NCBI GenBank assembly: GCA_964501335.1
Contig: CAZCTC010000010.1
Location: 64,001-128,000, forward strand
DNA: 64,000 bases
Direction: 5' to 3'
Origin: an uncultured Anaerolineales bacterium
Lineage (GTDB): Bacteria; Chloroflexota; Anaerolineae; B4-G1; SLSP01
Shown here: positions 35,655-45,500 of the stretch, piece by piece
How the letters are laid out: the number at the start of each line of letters is the position of its first letter
How positions within the stretch are numbered: position 1 is the first letter of the stretch
The notes under the pieces: model-generated
The model's database searches: none
Seen by the model: the letters and a program-made list of their open reading frames with translations, nothing else
Told to the model about the DNA's origin: nothing
Position numbers and translations under genes: made by a program

Positions 35655-36511
35655 GCTTATCGGAAAGAATATCTGTGGAGAGTGGGCGGGAAAGTCACCG
35701 TTCCCGGCGGAGTTTGACGGATCTTTTGGGGTGGACTAAATCCAGCTATTGGATGATCAGTATTTTCTTTGCCATTGTCTTTTTGATTGTGATTGTCTGG
35801 TGGCCTTTGGCTGAAGAAGTCCTTTCGTATATCGACCCTGCGCGGCCGTTATGGTTGCAACTGGATTGGTTGTTGCTGGGGATCTTTCTGATGATGTCGT
35901 TGTTGATCATGGCGGGGGCGGATTTGCGGGCAGATGTCTGGATTGTGTTTGTGGGGCTGGCTGGAGGGCTGGTTATTGAGAGTTGGGGAACCCAGACGCA
36001 ATTGTGGACCTATTTCACGCTGGAACGTCCGCCCTTATGGATCATTCCCGCCTGGCCGATTGCCAGCCTTTCGATTGACCGGGTGGTGCGTTTTCTCGAT
36101 AAGCGATTTTTTCAGGGTCCAGAGCGGGTGTATAAGATTTTGTATGTGGCAGTTTTTTTTATCTTTTTGATCGCTATGGTGCAATTTGTTTACGTAACTT
36201 TTAATCGATCTTTGACATGGGCGGCCCTTTTACTCTGTCTTTTTTTGATCTTTACACCTGTGAATTGGCGACTTACCTTATTGACTTTTGCCGCTGGGGC
36301 AGGTTTGGGATATTTCCTGGAACTTTGGGGAACAACACGGGAATGTTGGACTTATTATACACATCAGACCCCCCCGTTTTTTGCCGTACTGGCGCATGGG
36401 ATGGCGGCGGTAGCTTTCTGGCGAGCCGGGCTGGTACTTAAGTGGGGCTGGGATCAGTTGCTGGGGCGATTCCGTAAACAGATGGTGGATTCGGGATCGG
36501 CGGCTGGATAG
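35651..36511 (+). CDS. hypothetical polytopic membrane protein
   Basis: 286 aa with 7-8 TM helices. Start overlaps the HDAC stop by 4 nt. Confidence 0.5.
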   Translation: MSLSERISVESGRESHRSRRSLTDLLGWTKSSYWMISIFFAIVFLIVIVWWPLAEEVLSYIDPARPLWLQLDWLLLGIFLMMSLLIMAGADLRADVWIVFVGLAGGLVIESWGTQTQLWTYFTLERPPLWIIPAWPIASLSIDRVVRFLDKRFFQGPERVYKILYVAVFFIFLIAMVQFVYVTFNRSLTWAALLLCLFLIFTPVNWRLTLLTFAAGAGLGYFLELWGTTRECWTYYTHQTPPFFAVLAHGMAAVAFWRAGLVLKWGWDQLLGRFRKQMVDSGSAAG

Positions 36512-36535
36512 TCTGGGGAAAAGAGTTTGGGGGCT

Positions 36536-36568
36536 TTTTTTCGCCCGCCTTTGGAGGCGGGCGAAAAA
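36536..36568. terminator. bidirectional terminator hairpin between convergent genes
   Basis: tttttcgcccgcc-tttgga-ggcgggcgaaaaa. Confidence 0.55.
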
Positions 36569-36575
36569 TTGAGGC

Positions 36576-37295
36576 TTAGACTTGCGAGTGTTGGCATTCA
36601 CCTGGAAAAAGTTCGCCAGTTTCCATCATGTGTTTAAAGTTACAGAGATCCTCTCTGATTTGTTGTTCCGGAGTTTTGCCGAACATGGTCGCAATGGCCA
36701 TCCCCAGAGAGCCAGCCGGAGGGATATAGCGCAGAATGACATGGATTCGGGTTTGTCCGTCCGGCAGGGATTCAAAATGGACTGAACCGGCATGTTCCAC
36801 TGCGGACCCTGGAAGGGATCGCCAGCCGATCAGCTTATTTTCTTCCTCATTGACGATTTCTCCGTCCCATGCTACCCGAATTCCGGCGGGACCCCGGGCC
36901 ACCCAGCGGGTACGTTTCTCATCCAACCATTCGACAGATTCCAGATGGCGCATAATGCGGGGCAGGTTTTCCAGATTACGCCAATAGCGATAGAGTTCAT
37001 CTGCCGGTTTATCGACCACAATGGATTCCTCAAACTTGTAGCCTTTTCCGTAAGGCACACTGATATTGGCTCCTCCGCCCCTAATAATGGGAAGATGCCC
37101 TTCCACATCCCGGAGTTTCAGGCTTTGGGTTGCTCCATTGTAGATGAACCCGCCGCCGATGATCGCCAGGAGCAGTCCATCAAAAGAACGTCGTCTTAGA
37201 CCATAGAGAGTGAGGACACTGCCGCCGATGATGGTTGCCAGACGCCGTGCTTTAACAGGGTCCATTTGATTTTTGGATACATTTTCCATTTCCAT
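36576..37295 (-). CDS. SRPBCC (polyketide cyclase/dehydrase-like) protein with an N-terminal membrane segment
   Basis: Hydrophobic N-terminal segment GGSVLTLYGL...IIGGGFIYNG, followed by a START/Bet v1-like region. Confidence 0.6.
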   Translation of the reverse strand: MEMENVSKNQMDPVKARRLATIIGGSVLTLYGLRRRSFDGLLLAIIGGGFIYNGATQSLKLRDVEGHLPIIRGGGANISVPYGKGYKFEESIVVDKPADELYRYWRNLENLPRIMRHLESVEWLDEKRTRWVARGPAGIRVAWDGEIVNEEENKLIGWRSLPGSAVEHAGSVHFESLPDGQTRIHVILRYIPPAGSLGMAIATMFGKTPEQQIREDLCNFKHMMETGELFPGECQHSQV

Positions 37296-37331
37296 ATTTT
37301 TGGTCCTTTTCCTTAAGAGGATTAAGGGATA

Positions 37332-38012
37332 TTAAAAGGCCTGCGGTCCTGTAAATTGTCGGGCTCGAGTGCGAAATAAGCTGCCGATGAGCATACCGAA
37401 CACAAATCCGCCTATATGGGCCCAGACCGCCACTCCGCTGGTTTGTGCAGTAGGGATTCCCAGGCTGGCGACCCCATTGAAAAGTTGAGTGATAAACCAG
37501 ATGCCGAGGAAGAGCAGTGCCGTGACTCGCGTGATCGTGGCATAGAATCCCAACAGGAGCAACACCCTGATGTGGGAATGCGGAAACATTAGAATATAAG
37601 CGCCCAGAATCGCCGCGATGGCACCGCTGGCGCCCAGGCTGGGAATGAGGCTGTCGGGATTAAAAAGAATGTGGGTTAACGAGGCTACAATTCCACCTGC
37701 GAGGTAGACCGCGAGGTAAGTCAATTTTCCCATGATTGCTTCGACATTGTCTCCGAAGACCCAGAGGAAGAGCAGATTTCCCAGAATGTGAGCCCATCCG
37801 CCGTGGATGAACATGGAAGTTAACAGGGGCGATACTCCATTTCCCTGTAACAATTCTGCGGGGATAACTGCGTAATTTCGATAAAAATTTTCCAATTCAG
37901 GAGGTGTTAAAAGTAACTGATAAGCAAAAACGGCTGCATTCAACGCGATCAGCAGCCATGTTATCCAGGGGCGGATATCATTTCGAACTTCTTCATCGCC
38001 AATAGGAAACAT
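37332..38012 (-). CDS. rhomboid-family intramembrane serine protease
   Basis: Catalytic Ser in GASGAI (LGASGAIAAILGAY). Catalytic His in HIGGFVFG. 6 TM helices. Confidence 0.8.
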   Translation of the reverse strand: MFPIGDEEVRNDIRPWITWLLIALNAAVFAYQLLLTPPELENFYRNYAVIPAELLQGNGVSPLLTSMFIHGGWAHILGNLLFLWVFGDNVEAIMGKLTYLAVYLAGGIVASLTHILFNPDSLIPSLGASGAIAAILGAYILMFPHSHIRVLLLLGFYATITRVTALLFLGIWFITQLFNGVASLGIPTAQTSGVAVWAHIGGFVFGMLIGSLFRTRARQFTGPQAF

Positions 38013-38034
38013 TGCAAATACTCCGTTTCAGGGT

Positions 38035-38394
38035 TTACAGGAGATCTTCGGGGGGATGACGGAGGTAAAGATGGTTAATTTCGCCGTTACGGGCTTTTAT
38101 TTTCAGGTATACCGTTCCTCCCAGGGCTGAGGTGTCTTCGGATTCTATTTCCTGGGCATCGCCGATAATATGGTTGAGATCATTGTCATTTTTTTCTTGT
38201 AAAAGGATGGCGATAGAATCTGTACTTTCTTGTTGTTCGGCGGTAATTCCTTTGAAGGGTAATTCTCGGACCATCAAATGGCGGTTGGTATAGGGCGAAT
38301 CGACCGTCAGGGTCGTCAGCCAGTTTTTATAGGTTTTGCTGAAATCGTTGCAAAAGGCAGTCCATTGTTCTTTGGGAATATTTATCGATGCCAT
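38035..38394 (-). CDS. hypothetical protein
   Basis: 119-aa ORF with RBS ggagaaa upstream. No recognisable motif. Confidence 0.4.
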   Translation of the reverse strand: MASINIPKEQWTAFCNDFSKTYKNWLTTLTVDSPYTNRHLMVRELPFKGITAEQQESTDSIAILLQEKNDNDLNHIIGDAQEIESEDTSALGGTVYLKIKARNGEINHLYLRHPPEDLL

Positions 38395-38487
38395 AATTTT
38401 TCTCCTTGTCGGGTGAGTTTTTTGTGGGTGAGAGCGATGGTAGACCAGGGAGGTCAGGTTTCCTGACCTCCCGGGTTGGATTAACCG

Positions 38488-40005
38488 TTAACTTACGTTT
38501 TTCGCGCGGTTCCACCCTTCATGGATGGCATCGCGAAATTCTTCCCAGGGGCCGAGGTGCCGTTCTTCCCAGTTCCGTTGCACTTCTGGTTCAATTTCTG
38601 ACCAGTCGCGATTGCGATAACGGGGCTCCGTGGCCAGGCTGTATCCATAACGATACCCGGGTTCGTACCGCTCATAGGAATAGCCGCGAGTTCCAAAGGT
38701 GCTCTGGTAGTGGCGGCGGAAGTCATCTCGGTAGGTGTTGAAATCCGGTACGCCGGTGCGTACCCCTTCTCCGCCGTAGGCCGCTTTACGGACTTCATTC
38801 CAGGAATAGTAGATCGTGTCGCGGAATTCATTCCAGCTTCCCGGATGGCTTTCTTCCCAGTGTTGCCGTACTTCCGATTCGATATCCGACCAGCTTCGAT
38901 TGCGGTAACTGGGGTTGACGGCTACATCATAGCCATAGCGGTAGGCGGGTTCGTATCGTTCATAAGGATAACCGCGGGTGCGGTAATTGGTCTGGTAATG
39001 GTTGCGGAAGGTAAAGTTGTAAGTACTGTATCCTCCTTCGCGTAGAACCGGTTCGGGCTCTTTGCCGGACACCATGGGGGGAGAAACGGGTTCCTGTTTC
39101 CCCGTCACCGTAGTTTTAACCTGATCCCAGGCCCGGCGCACGGCATCCTTCACTTCATCCCAGGGGCCGGTATTGCCCTCTTCCCATCCCCGGCGGGCTT
39201 CCGTTTCGAATTCTTTCCAATCGCGGTTGTGATAGGTGGGTTCCATGGCTAATCCGTAGCCATAGCGATAGGCGGCTTCGAAATGTTCATAAGGATAGCC
39301 CGTGTTTCCAAAGTAAGTCTGATAGTCACGGCGGAAGACCGGATCGAACGCGTTGTAATCGCTGCCCGACATCTTTCCGGGTTCGGGAGAGGGCGTGGGG
39401 GGGGCGGTGACATTGGGGCCGGTCACATTTGAGGGGGTGAAAACGCCCGGGCGCCAGCCTTGTTCCTGCCATTTAGCTGCCCGTTCCTCTACATTGACCG
39501 GGTTATAGTTCTTCATAATGGAGATAGCTTCATTTACCCGATTGTCGGGGGTTTGAACTACCACCAGGGTCCCGCCGCGGCGGATCCCTTCGGCGTAGAG
39601 GCGGGCTTCGTTTTCCGGAATTCCGGCATTGACCAACGCACCCACCAGGGCTCCGGCTGCTGCTCCAATCCCTGCGCCGGCAGCTGCTCCCACACCGGTT
39701 CCCAGCAAGACCGTGGCAATAGAACCGGCGGTGATGATGGGGCCGATGCCGGGAATCACAATTGCTCCCAGCCCGGCCAGCAATCCACTCAAGCCTCCCA
39801 ACACCGCTCCCATTCCGGCCCCGGCGGCGGTATCTTCGCCTACCGTTCCTACTTCTCCTGATTGAATCAATTTCCCATACCGGCCTTCCGGATCATAAGC
39901 CGTGAGGCTGATATCATCCCGGTTGAATCCATGTTGGGTCAGATCGCGGACCACATCCCGGGCGGTTGTCATATCGTCATACAAGCCTACGACTGTCTTT
40001 GCCAT
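38488..40005 (-). CDS. glycine-zipper membrane-associated protein (YflT/general-stress-like N-terminus) with three tandem ~95-aa Tyr/Arg/Trp-rich repeats
   Basis: Gly-zipper GAGMGAVLGGLSGLLAGLGA...GAAAGAGIGAAAGALVGALV. Three repeats of the pattern F(R/N)xxY(Q)xxF...GYPYExxExAYRYGY...YxNRxWxExExE..xxWEE... Confidence 0.6.
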   Translation of the reverse strand: MAKTVVGLYDDMTTARDVVRDLTQHGFNRDDISLTAYDPEGRYGKLIQSGEVGTVGEDTAAGAGMGAVLGGLSGLLAGLGAIVIPGIGPIITAGSIATVLLGTGVGAAAGAGIGAAAGALVGALVNAGIPENEARLYAEGIRRGGTLVVVQTPDNRVNEAISIMKNYNPVNVEERAAKWQEQGWRPGVFTPSNVTGPNVTAPPTPSPEPGKMSGSDYNAFDPVFRRDYQTYFGNTGYPYEHFEAAYRYGYGLAMEPTYHNRDWKEFETEARRGWEEGNTGPWDEVKDAVRRAWDQVKTTVTGKQEPVSPPMVSGKEPEPVLREGGYSTYNFTFRNHYQTNYRTRGYPYERYEPAYRYGYDVAVNPSYRNRSWSDIESEVRQHWEESHPGSWNEFRDTIYYSWNEVRKAAYGGEGVRTGVPDFNTYRDDFRRHYQSTFGTRGYSYERYEPGYRYGYSLATEPRYRNRDWSEIEPEVQRNWEERHLGPWEEFRDAIHEGWNRAKNVS

Positions 40006-40830
40006 TTTATTTGAACTCCTTCTCTGAATTTTCTCAAGAAAGTCAAATATCTTGACCGAGTTTTGATAATTTTTATCCTAACCGAGGGGCGAGGATTTGA
40101 TAAAGATGCTTTCTGGGGATGTTTTCTGGTCCAGCAAGGTTGACGCGGGGTGTAATTTTCCCGCCCGGGGGCGGGAGTAGTAAGTTGAGAGGCTTTCCCC
40201 AGCATTCCCGGAGGCTCTATCTCTTTTGAATGTAAAGAGGTTGTACGGATCTTCAAAATTTAACTTCCTTGTTTTGTTTGTCGCTGATTTGAACCCGAAG
40301 GTTTTAGATCTTTGGTCAATGTTCTAAAACTAACATAGCGGAAACCTGATGTCCATGTGCCGGGATACAAAAAAGAGATAGGGCTGAAGATATATTCCCT
40401 CCCCGGATGCTGGGCGGTTTCGACGCTATTCGCTAGGAAATTTGGCCGGGAAGGGGATCGCATGGGGCGAGCGGATACAGAAAAGCTATAGATATATCGG
40501 ATTTTATGCCTGGGGTTAGCAGAAGATATATAGACAAGGTTTTTGTTTACCGGTACGCTGGATTATGGAATACGGGCAGGAATTTATAGATAGAAAATTG
40601 GAACAGAGCGTTCTACAGATGAGTAATTTTTCCCTCTGGCAGGTTGTCCTCAGGTTGAGTCCTGGATAATTAACTATTTTTTCGGGCATGTTAAAAATTC
40701 TATCCTGGTATCATCGATGAAAATCCTTTATTGCCTGAATATTGGAACGAGAAAGTGACAGCGAATTTTCGCCTGAGAAAATCCCGAGGGAGAAATCCTG
40801 AAGGGCGAGCTGATTTGAAAGGAGGCTGGG

Positions 40831-41121
40831 ATGGCGGGAGATTCAAAAATGACTCAGGATCATGAGGTGATTCGCAAGTGGGCTGAAGAACGCGATGGTC
40901 GGCCGGCCATGGTGAAAGGAATCGGCGGCGGTGGGGTTGGGTTGTTAAGGATCAGTTTTCCCGGGTATGGAGAAGAAGATTCTTTGCAAGAAATTTCATG
41001 GGAAGAATTTTTTGAAAAATTCGAGGAAAAAAAACTGACTTTTCTTTACCAGGAACGGAAATCCAGTGGGGAGCTCAGCCGGTTTTCCAAATTTGTAAAC
41101 CGAGAATCTTTGAATGAATGA
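40831..41121 (+). CDS. hypothetical small acidic protein
   Basis: 96 aa with RBS aaggagg upstream. No recognisable family. Confidence 0.4.
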   Translation: MAGDSKMTQDHEVIRKWAEERDGRPAMVKGIGGGGVGLLRISFPGYGEEDSLQEISWEEFFEKFEEKKLTFLYQERKSSGELSRFSKFVNRESLNE

Positions 41122-41183
41122 ACGGATTATTCCTTGTCTGACGGGTGTCAGGCAAGGAATTTTTATTTTTAAAGGAGTGCAAT

Positions 41184-41573
41184 ATGAGGGTGCCAGTGTG
41201 TCGGGGGGTGGGTTTTTTCGAACCACCGCAGGTTATTTCACTAGGGGCCGTATTGGGATTTCCAGTGCGGAATCAGCGGGGCGAAAATCTTGGGCGGTTG
41301 GATGAAGTTGTTTTCGATGCCGATGAAGCCCGGATTGCTTATGCGATTTTGGTTTTTGAGAATTTTTCTGAGGAGGTCCCGGAAAAACGTTTTGCTATCC
41401 CCTGGAAGGCTTTGGTGTTGCGTGCGGAAGAGGGTTTCTTTATGTTGAAATGTGATCGGAATACCTTGGAAGATGCTCCTGGTTTTGATCGCACGACATG
41501 GAGTCGCATGACCGAGCGCCAATGGTTATCAGAACTTTATCATTATTATGGCTATGTTCCTTATTGGAAATAA
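41184..41573 (+). CDS. PRC-barrel domain protein
   Basis: RBS aaaggag 7 nt upstream of the ATG. PRC-barrel-like segment GAVLGFPVRNQRGENLGRLDEVVFDADEARIAYAIL. Confidence 0.55.
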   Translation: MRVPVCRGVGFFEPPQVISLGAVLGFPVRNQRGENLGRLDEVVFDADEARIAYAILVFENFSEEVPEKRFAIPWKALVLRAEEGFFMLKCDRNTLEDAPGFDRTTWSRMTERQWLSELYHYYGYVPYWK

Positions 41574-41585
41574 GGGGTTACCACC

Positions 41586-42533
41586 TTGTTTCAACATATT
41601 TTAGTTCCTTTGGACGGATCGGTGTTAGCAGAATGTGTTTTGCCTCACGTTTTGACGATGGCGCGCACTTTCAACAGTCGGATTACCCTCTTAAAAGTTT
41701 TACAGCAGGAAGCTTCGTTTGAACAAATTGACCCTGTTTTCTGGCATATTGCCAAGACCGAAGCTCAGGCTTATCTGGCTCAATGGGCGGTAAAATTGCA
41801 GACTTTGGGCATAAGTGTTGAGACTCAGGTGCTGGATGGGCAACCTGCTGAGCGGGTGTTGGAATTTGCGCAACTTAATGATGTGGATCTCATTCTCTTA
41901 AGCAGCCATGGTCAGAGTGGATTGAGCGAATGGAATGTCAGTAGCGTGGTGCAGAAAATTATTATGCGGGCGAAATCTTCGATCATGATTATCCGGGCTT
42001 ACCAGCCGCTCCATTCGCAATGGGAAGCGCTGGTTTATCATCGATTTTTATTACCGTTAGATTGCTCGGCCCGGGCTGAGTGTGTCCTGCCGGCCGCGAT
42101 TATGTTGGCACGCTCTCACCATGTTCCGGTTTTGTTGGCCCATGTGGTTCAGCCTTTTGAATTACTTTGTCAGGATAGGGTTTCTTCTGAGGAACTGGAG
42201 GTGATTTCGAGAATGAATGAACGTAATCGTCTAGAGGCGGAACAATATTTTCAGCAAATTATCGCGCGTTATGAGGCTGATTTTAAACCGAACGTTTTGG
42301 TAAATTCCAGTGTTGGAGCTGCTTTGCATGATTTAGTAGAGCAGGAAAAGGTGGATTTGGTAATTCTAAGCGCGCATGGGCGCTCCGGGAATGTTCGTTG
42401 GCCCTATGGAGGGGTAGTGGTTAATTTTATTGCTTATGGTCATACCCCTTTGTTGATTGTTCAAGATTTACCTGTAGATCGAGGACCGATTTCTTTGGTA
42501 GATGTTTCTATGCAGGTACAAAAAGGCCATTGA
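41586..42533 (+). CDS. universal stress protein with tandem UspA domains
   Basis: Segments HILVPLDGS...LILLSSHGQSGLSE and LPLDCS...LVILSAHGRSG. Probable TTG start. Confidence 0.8.
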   Translation: MFQHILVPLDGSVLAECVLPHVLTMARTFNSRITLLKVLQQEASFEQIDPVFWHIAKTEAQAYLAQWAVKLQTLGISVETQVLDGQPAERVLEFAQLNDVDLILLSSHGQSGLSEWNVSSVVQKIIMRAKSSIMIIRAYQPLHSQWEALVYHRFLLPLDCSARAECVLPAAIMLARSHHVPVLLAHVVQPFELLCQDRVSSEELEVISRMNERNRLEAEQYFQQIIARYEADFKPNVLVNSSVGAALHDLVEQEKVDLVILSAHGRSGNVRWPYGGVVVNFIAYGHTPLLIVQDLPVDRGPISLVDVSMQVQKGH

Positions 42534-45500
42534 GTCTGCTCTTTTATTTTTAGGGCAGTTTTATTTAAAGGGTAAGGCAATAGAAAGTCGTAAGCGTGTG
42601 GTTGAAATAGAGAATCTGGCCTATCAGGTGGCAGAAGGGCATCGAATTTATCTTTCGCCCGGGAGTTCTCCCTCTTTGATTGACTGGTTAAAAGAACAAA
42701 GTCGCCTTCTGAGCGAAATCCATTTGATTTTTAGTCAGCGCAGGGATGAAGATCCGGCGATTTCTTATGCTTCCGAGTGGTTGTTGGATAATTTTTACAT
42801 TGTTCAACAAACCATTACTCAAATTAAAGAGGATCTTCCGGATAAATATTACCGTCAGTTGCCGAAACTGACTGGTGGGCCCTTGAATGATTATCCCCGG
42901 ATTTACGATATCGCACGGGAATTGATTAAAAATGCCGATGCGTTGCTGGATTTTCCTCAACTGATTGAGTTTGTGCGGGCTTATCAACAAATAACCCCTT
43001 TGACCATGGGTGAATTATGGGCTTTTCCCACGATGTTACGGTTGGGAATTTTGGATGTTTTGATTGAAGCTTTGATCGTTTTGAATGGACAACCTCAAGG
43101 CGAAAATCGACCTTTTCCTAAAATTGAAATGGCGGAGACTTTACGAGAAGATGGGGTGGTAGCCAATACGATCTTGAGTCTACGGATGTTGGAGGTGCAG
43201 AATTGGAATGATTTTTTCGAGCAGGTTAATTTAATTGATGCCGTGTTAGCGGAGGATCCGGCCCAAATTTACAAATATATGGATTTTGAAACGCGGAACC
43301 GTTATCGGCAAATTATTGAAAACCTGGCTTCTGCAACTGGATTTAGTGAGATGGCGGTAGCTCAGCTGGCCGTGAAACTGGCTCAGGCTGAAGCGGTTGT
43401 TTCCGGAGATGAGATCCATGTTGAAGCGCATGTGGGATTTTATCTGGCGGGGAATGGGCATAAAGTGTTAGAGAGCCGGTTGGGATTTCGGCCTCCTCCC
43501 GGGCAACGTTTACAGCGGGAAATTTGGGAAGCGCCGGTTTTTTTCTATCTCGGGAGCATCGGGGCCTTATCTATTTTTATTATGATTCCCCTGTTGATTT
43601 ATGTGATGGGTTGGGGAACTACCTGGCTACAATTGATGGCGATGGGGGTGTTGATTTTAGGGCCGGTGATGGCGGTGGCGATCGATTGGGTGAATTTTTT
43701 TATTACTCATGTAATTCCTCCCCGGGTTTTGCCCAAAATGGATTTTGAGAAAGGGATTGCCTCTGATTGTCGGACTATGGTTGTTATCCCTTCTTTATTG
43801 GTCGGGATTGCTGAAATTGATCCCTTGTTACGGCAGTTGGAACTTCATTTTTTAAATAATCCCGATCCCTGGCTGTCTTTTGCCCTGTTGACTGATTTTG
43901 CGGACAGTCTCCAGCCGGAGTTGCCTGATGATAACATTTTGTTGGCTCGGGTAAGCAGTGGAATTGAGGCTCTTAACCGTAAATATCGCCGTGACTCCAA
44001 TTCGCCTTTTTATCTGTTTCACCGACGGCGAAGCTGGAATTCTATGGAAGGGGTATGGATGGGATGGGAACGTAAACGGGGTAAATTGACGGAATTCAAT
44101 CAACTGTTGCAAGGGGATCCTTCGACCTCTTTTCAGGTGAAATTAGGAGAACTTGAGGTTTTATCTCAGATTCGTTATGTGATCACTTTGGATGCGGACA
44201 GCGTTTTGCCTTGGGATGCCGCTAAAAAATTGGTGGCGACATTAGCGCATCCTTTGAACTGGCCCCGATTTGATGATGTGACAGGGAAAGTGACTGCCGG
44301 ATATACAGTTTTGCAGCCTCGGGTTGAGTTGAAACCGGTCAGTGCCCGACGTTCTGTTTTTTCGCGAATTTTTTCAGGGGATACGGGGTTGGATTTGTAT
44401 ACTCGGGCAGTCTCCAATGTTTATCAAGATCTGTTAGGGGAAGGAATTTTTGTTGGCAAGGGGATTTACGATGTCAAAGCTTTTGATCGCAGTCTGGCGG
44501 GAAGAGTGCCTGAAAATGCTTTATTGAGCCACGATCTTTTTGAAGGGATTTTAGGGCGGGCTGGATTGGTGACGGATGTGGTTGTATATGAAGAATATCC
44601 TTCTCATTACCTGGCGCATGCTCAGCGAATTCATCGATGGGTAAGAGGCGATTGGCAATTGTTGCCCTGGTTGGGGCGTCGAGTTCGTACGGCGGATGGC
44701 GGAAAGATCCCCAGTCAGCTTTCTTTGATCGATCGTTGGAAAATTTTTGATAATTTACGCCGAAGCCTTTTGATTCCCTGGTTGCTGTTGATTTTTGTTT
44801 TGGGATGGACCGCGGTCTTGCCGGGGCCTCCCTGGATTTGGAGCTGGATTGGATTGCTGCCGTTAGGGGGAACTTTTGTCGTTACTTGTTTTGAAGGATT
44901 ATGGCGTTCGTTTACTCGGCCTTCTCGTCAGGTTTTACCCCCTTTATGGAGCGGGTTGGGGCGTTGGGTCATGGCTCTTATTTTTCTTCCTTTTGAGTCA
45001 TTGTTGTTATTGGATGCTATTGTGCGTACCCTGGTTCGTATTTTGGTAACCCATCGTTCTTTATTAGAATGGGTTCCGGCTGCTTATGCCGGGCAACAGT
45101 TGGAAACAGCGGAACAAAATCGTTTGGTCTGGCGGCGGATGGGATATGCTTCTGCTTTTGCCTTAGGTGTGGGGCTTTTGTTGTTTTCTTTCCGGCCGGC
45201 CGGGTTGGGGGTGGCAGCTCCTCTTTTGTTGATCTGGTTGTTTTCGCCTCAAATAGCTTTCTGGATCAGTTTGCCGTTGATTCAAAAATCACCCCCCTTA
45301 GCAGCATCCCAATTGCCGATTTTGCGGCGTTTGGCCCGACGCACATGGTTGTATTTTGAACATTTTGTGGGGCCGGATGATCATTGGCTACCGCCTGATC
45401 ATTTTCAGGAGACGCCTTTAGGTGTTACTACCCATTTGACCTCGCCTACCAATATGGGGATGGGAATGTTGGCTTCTCTGGCGGCTTATGATTTGGGGTA

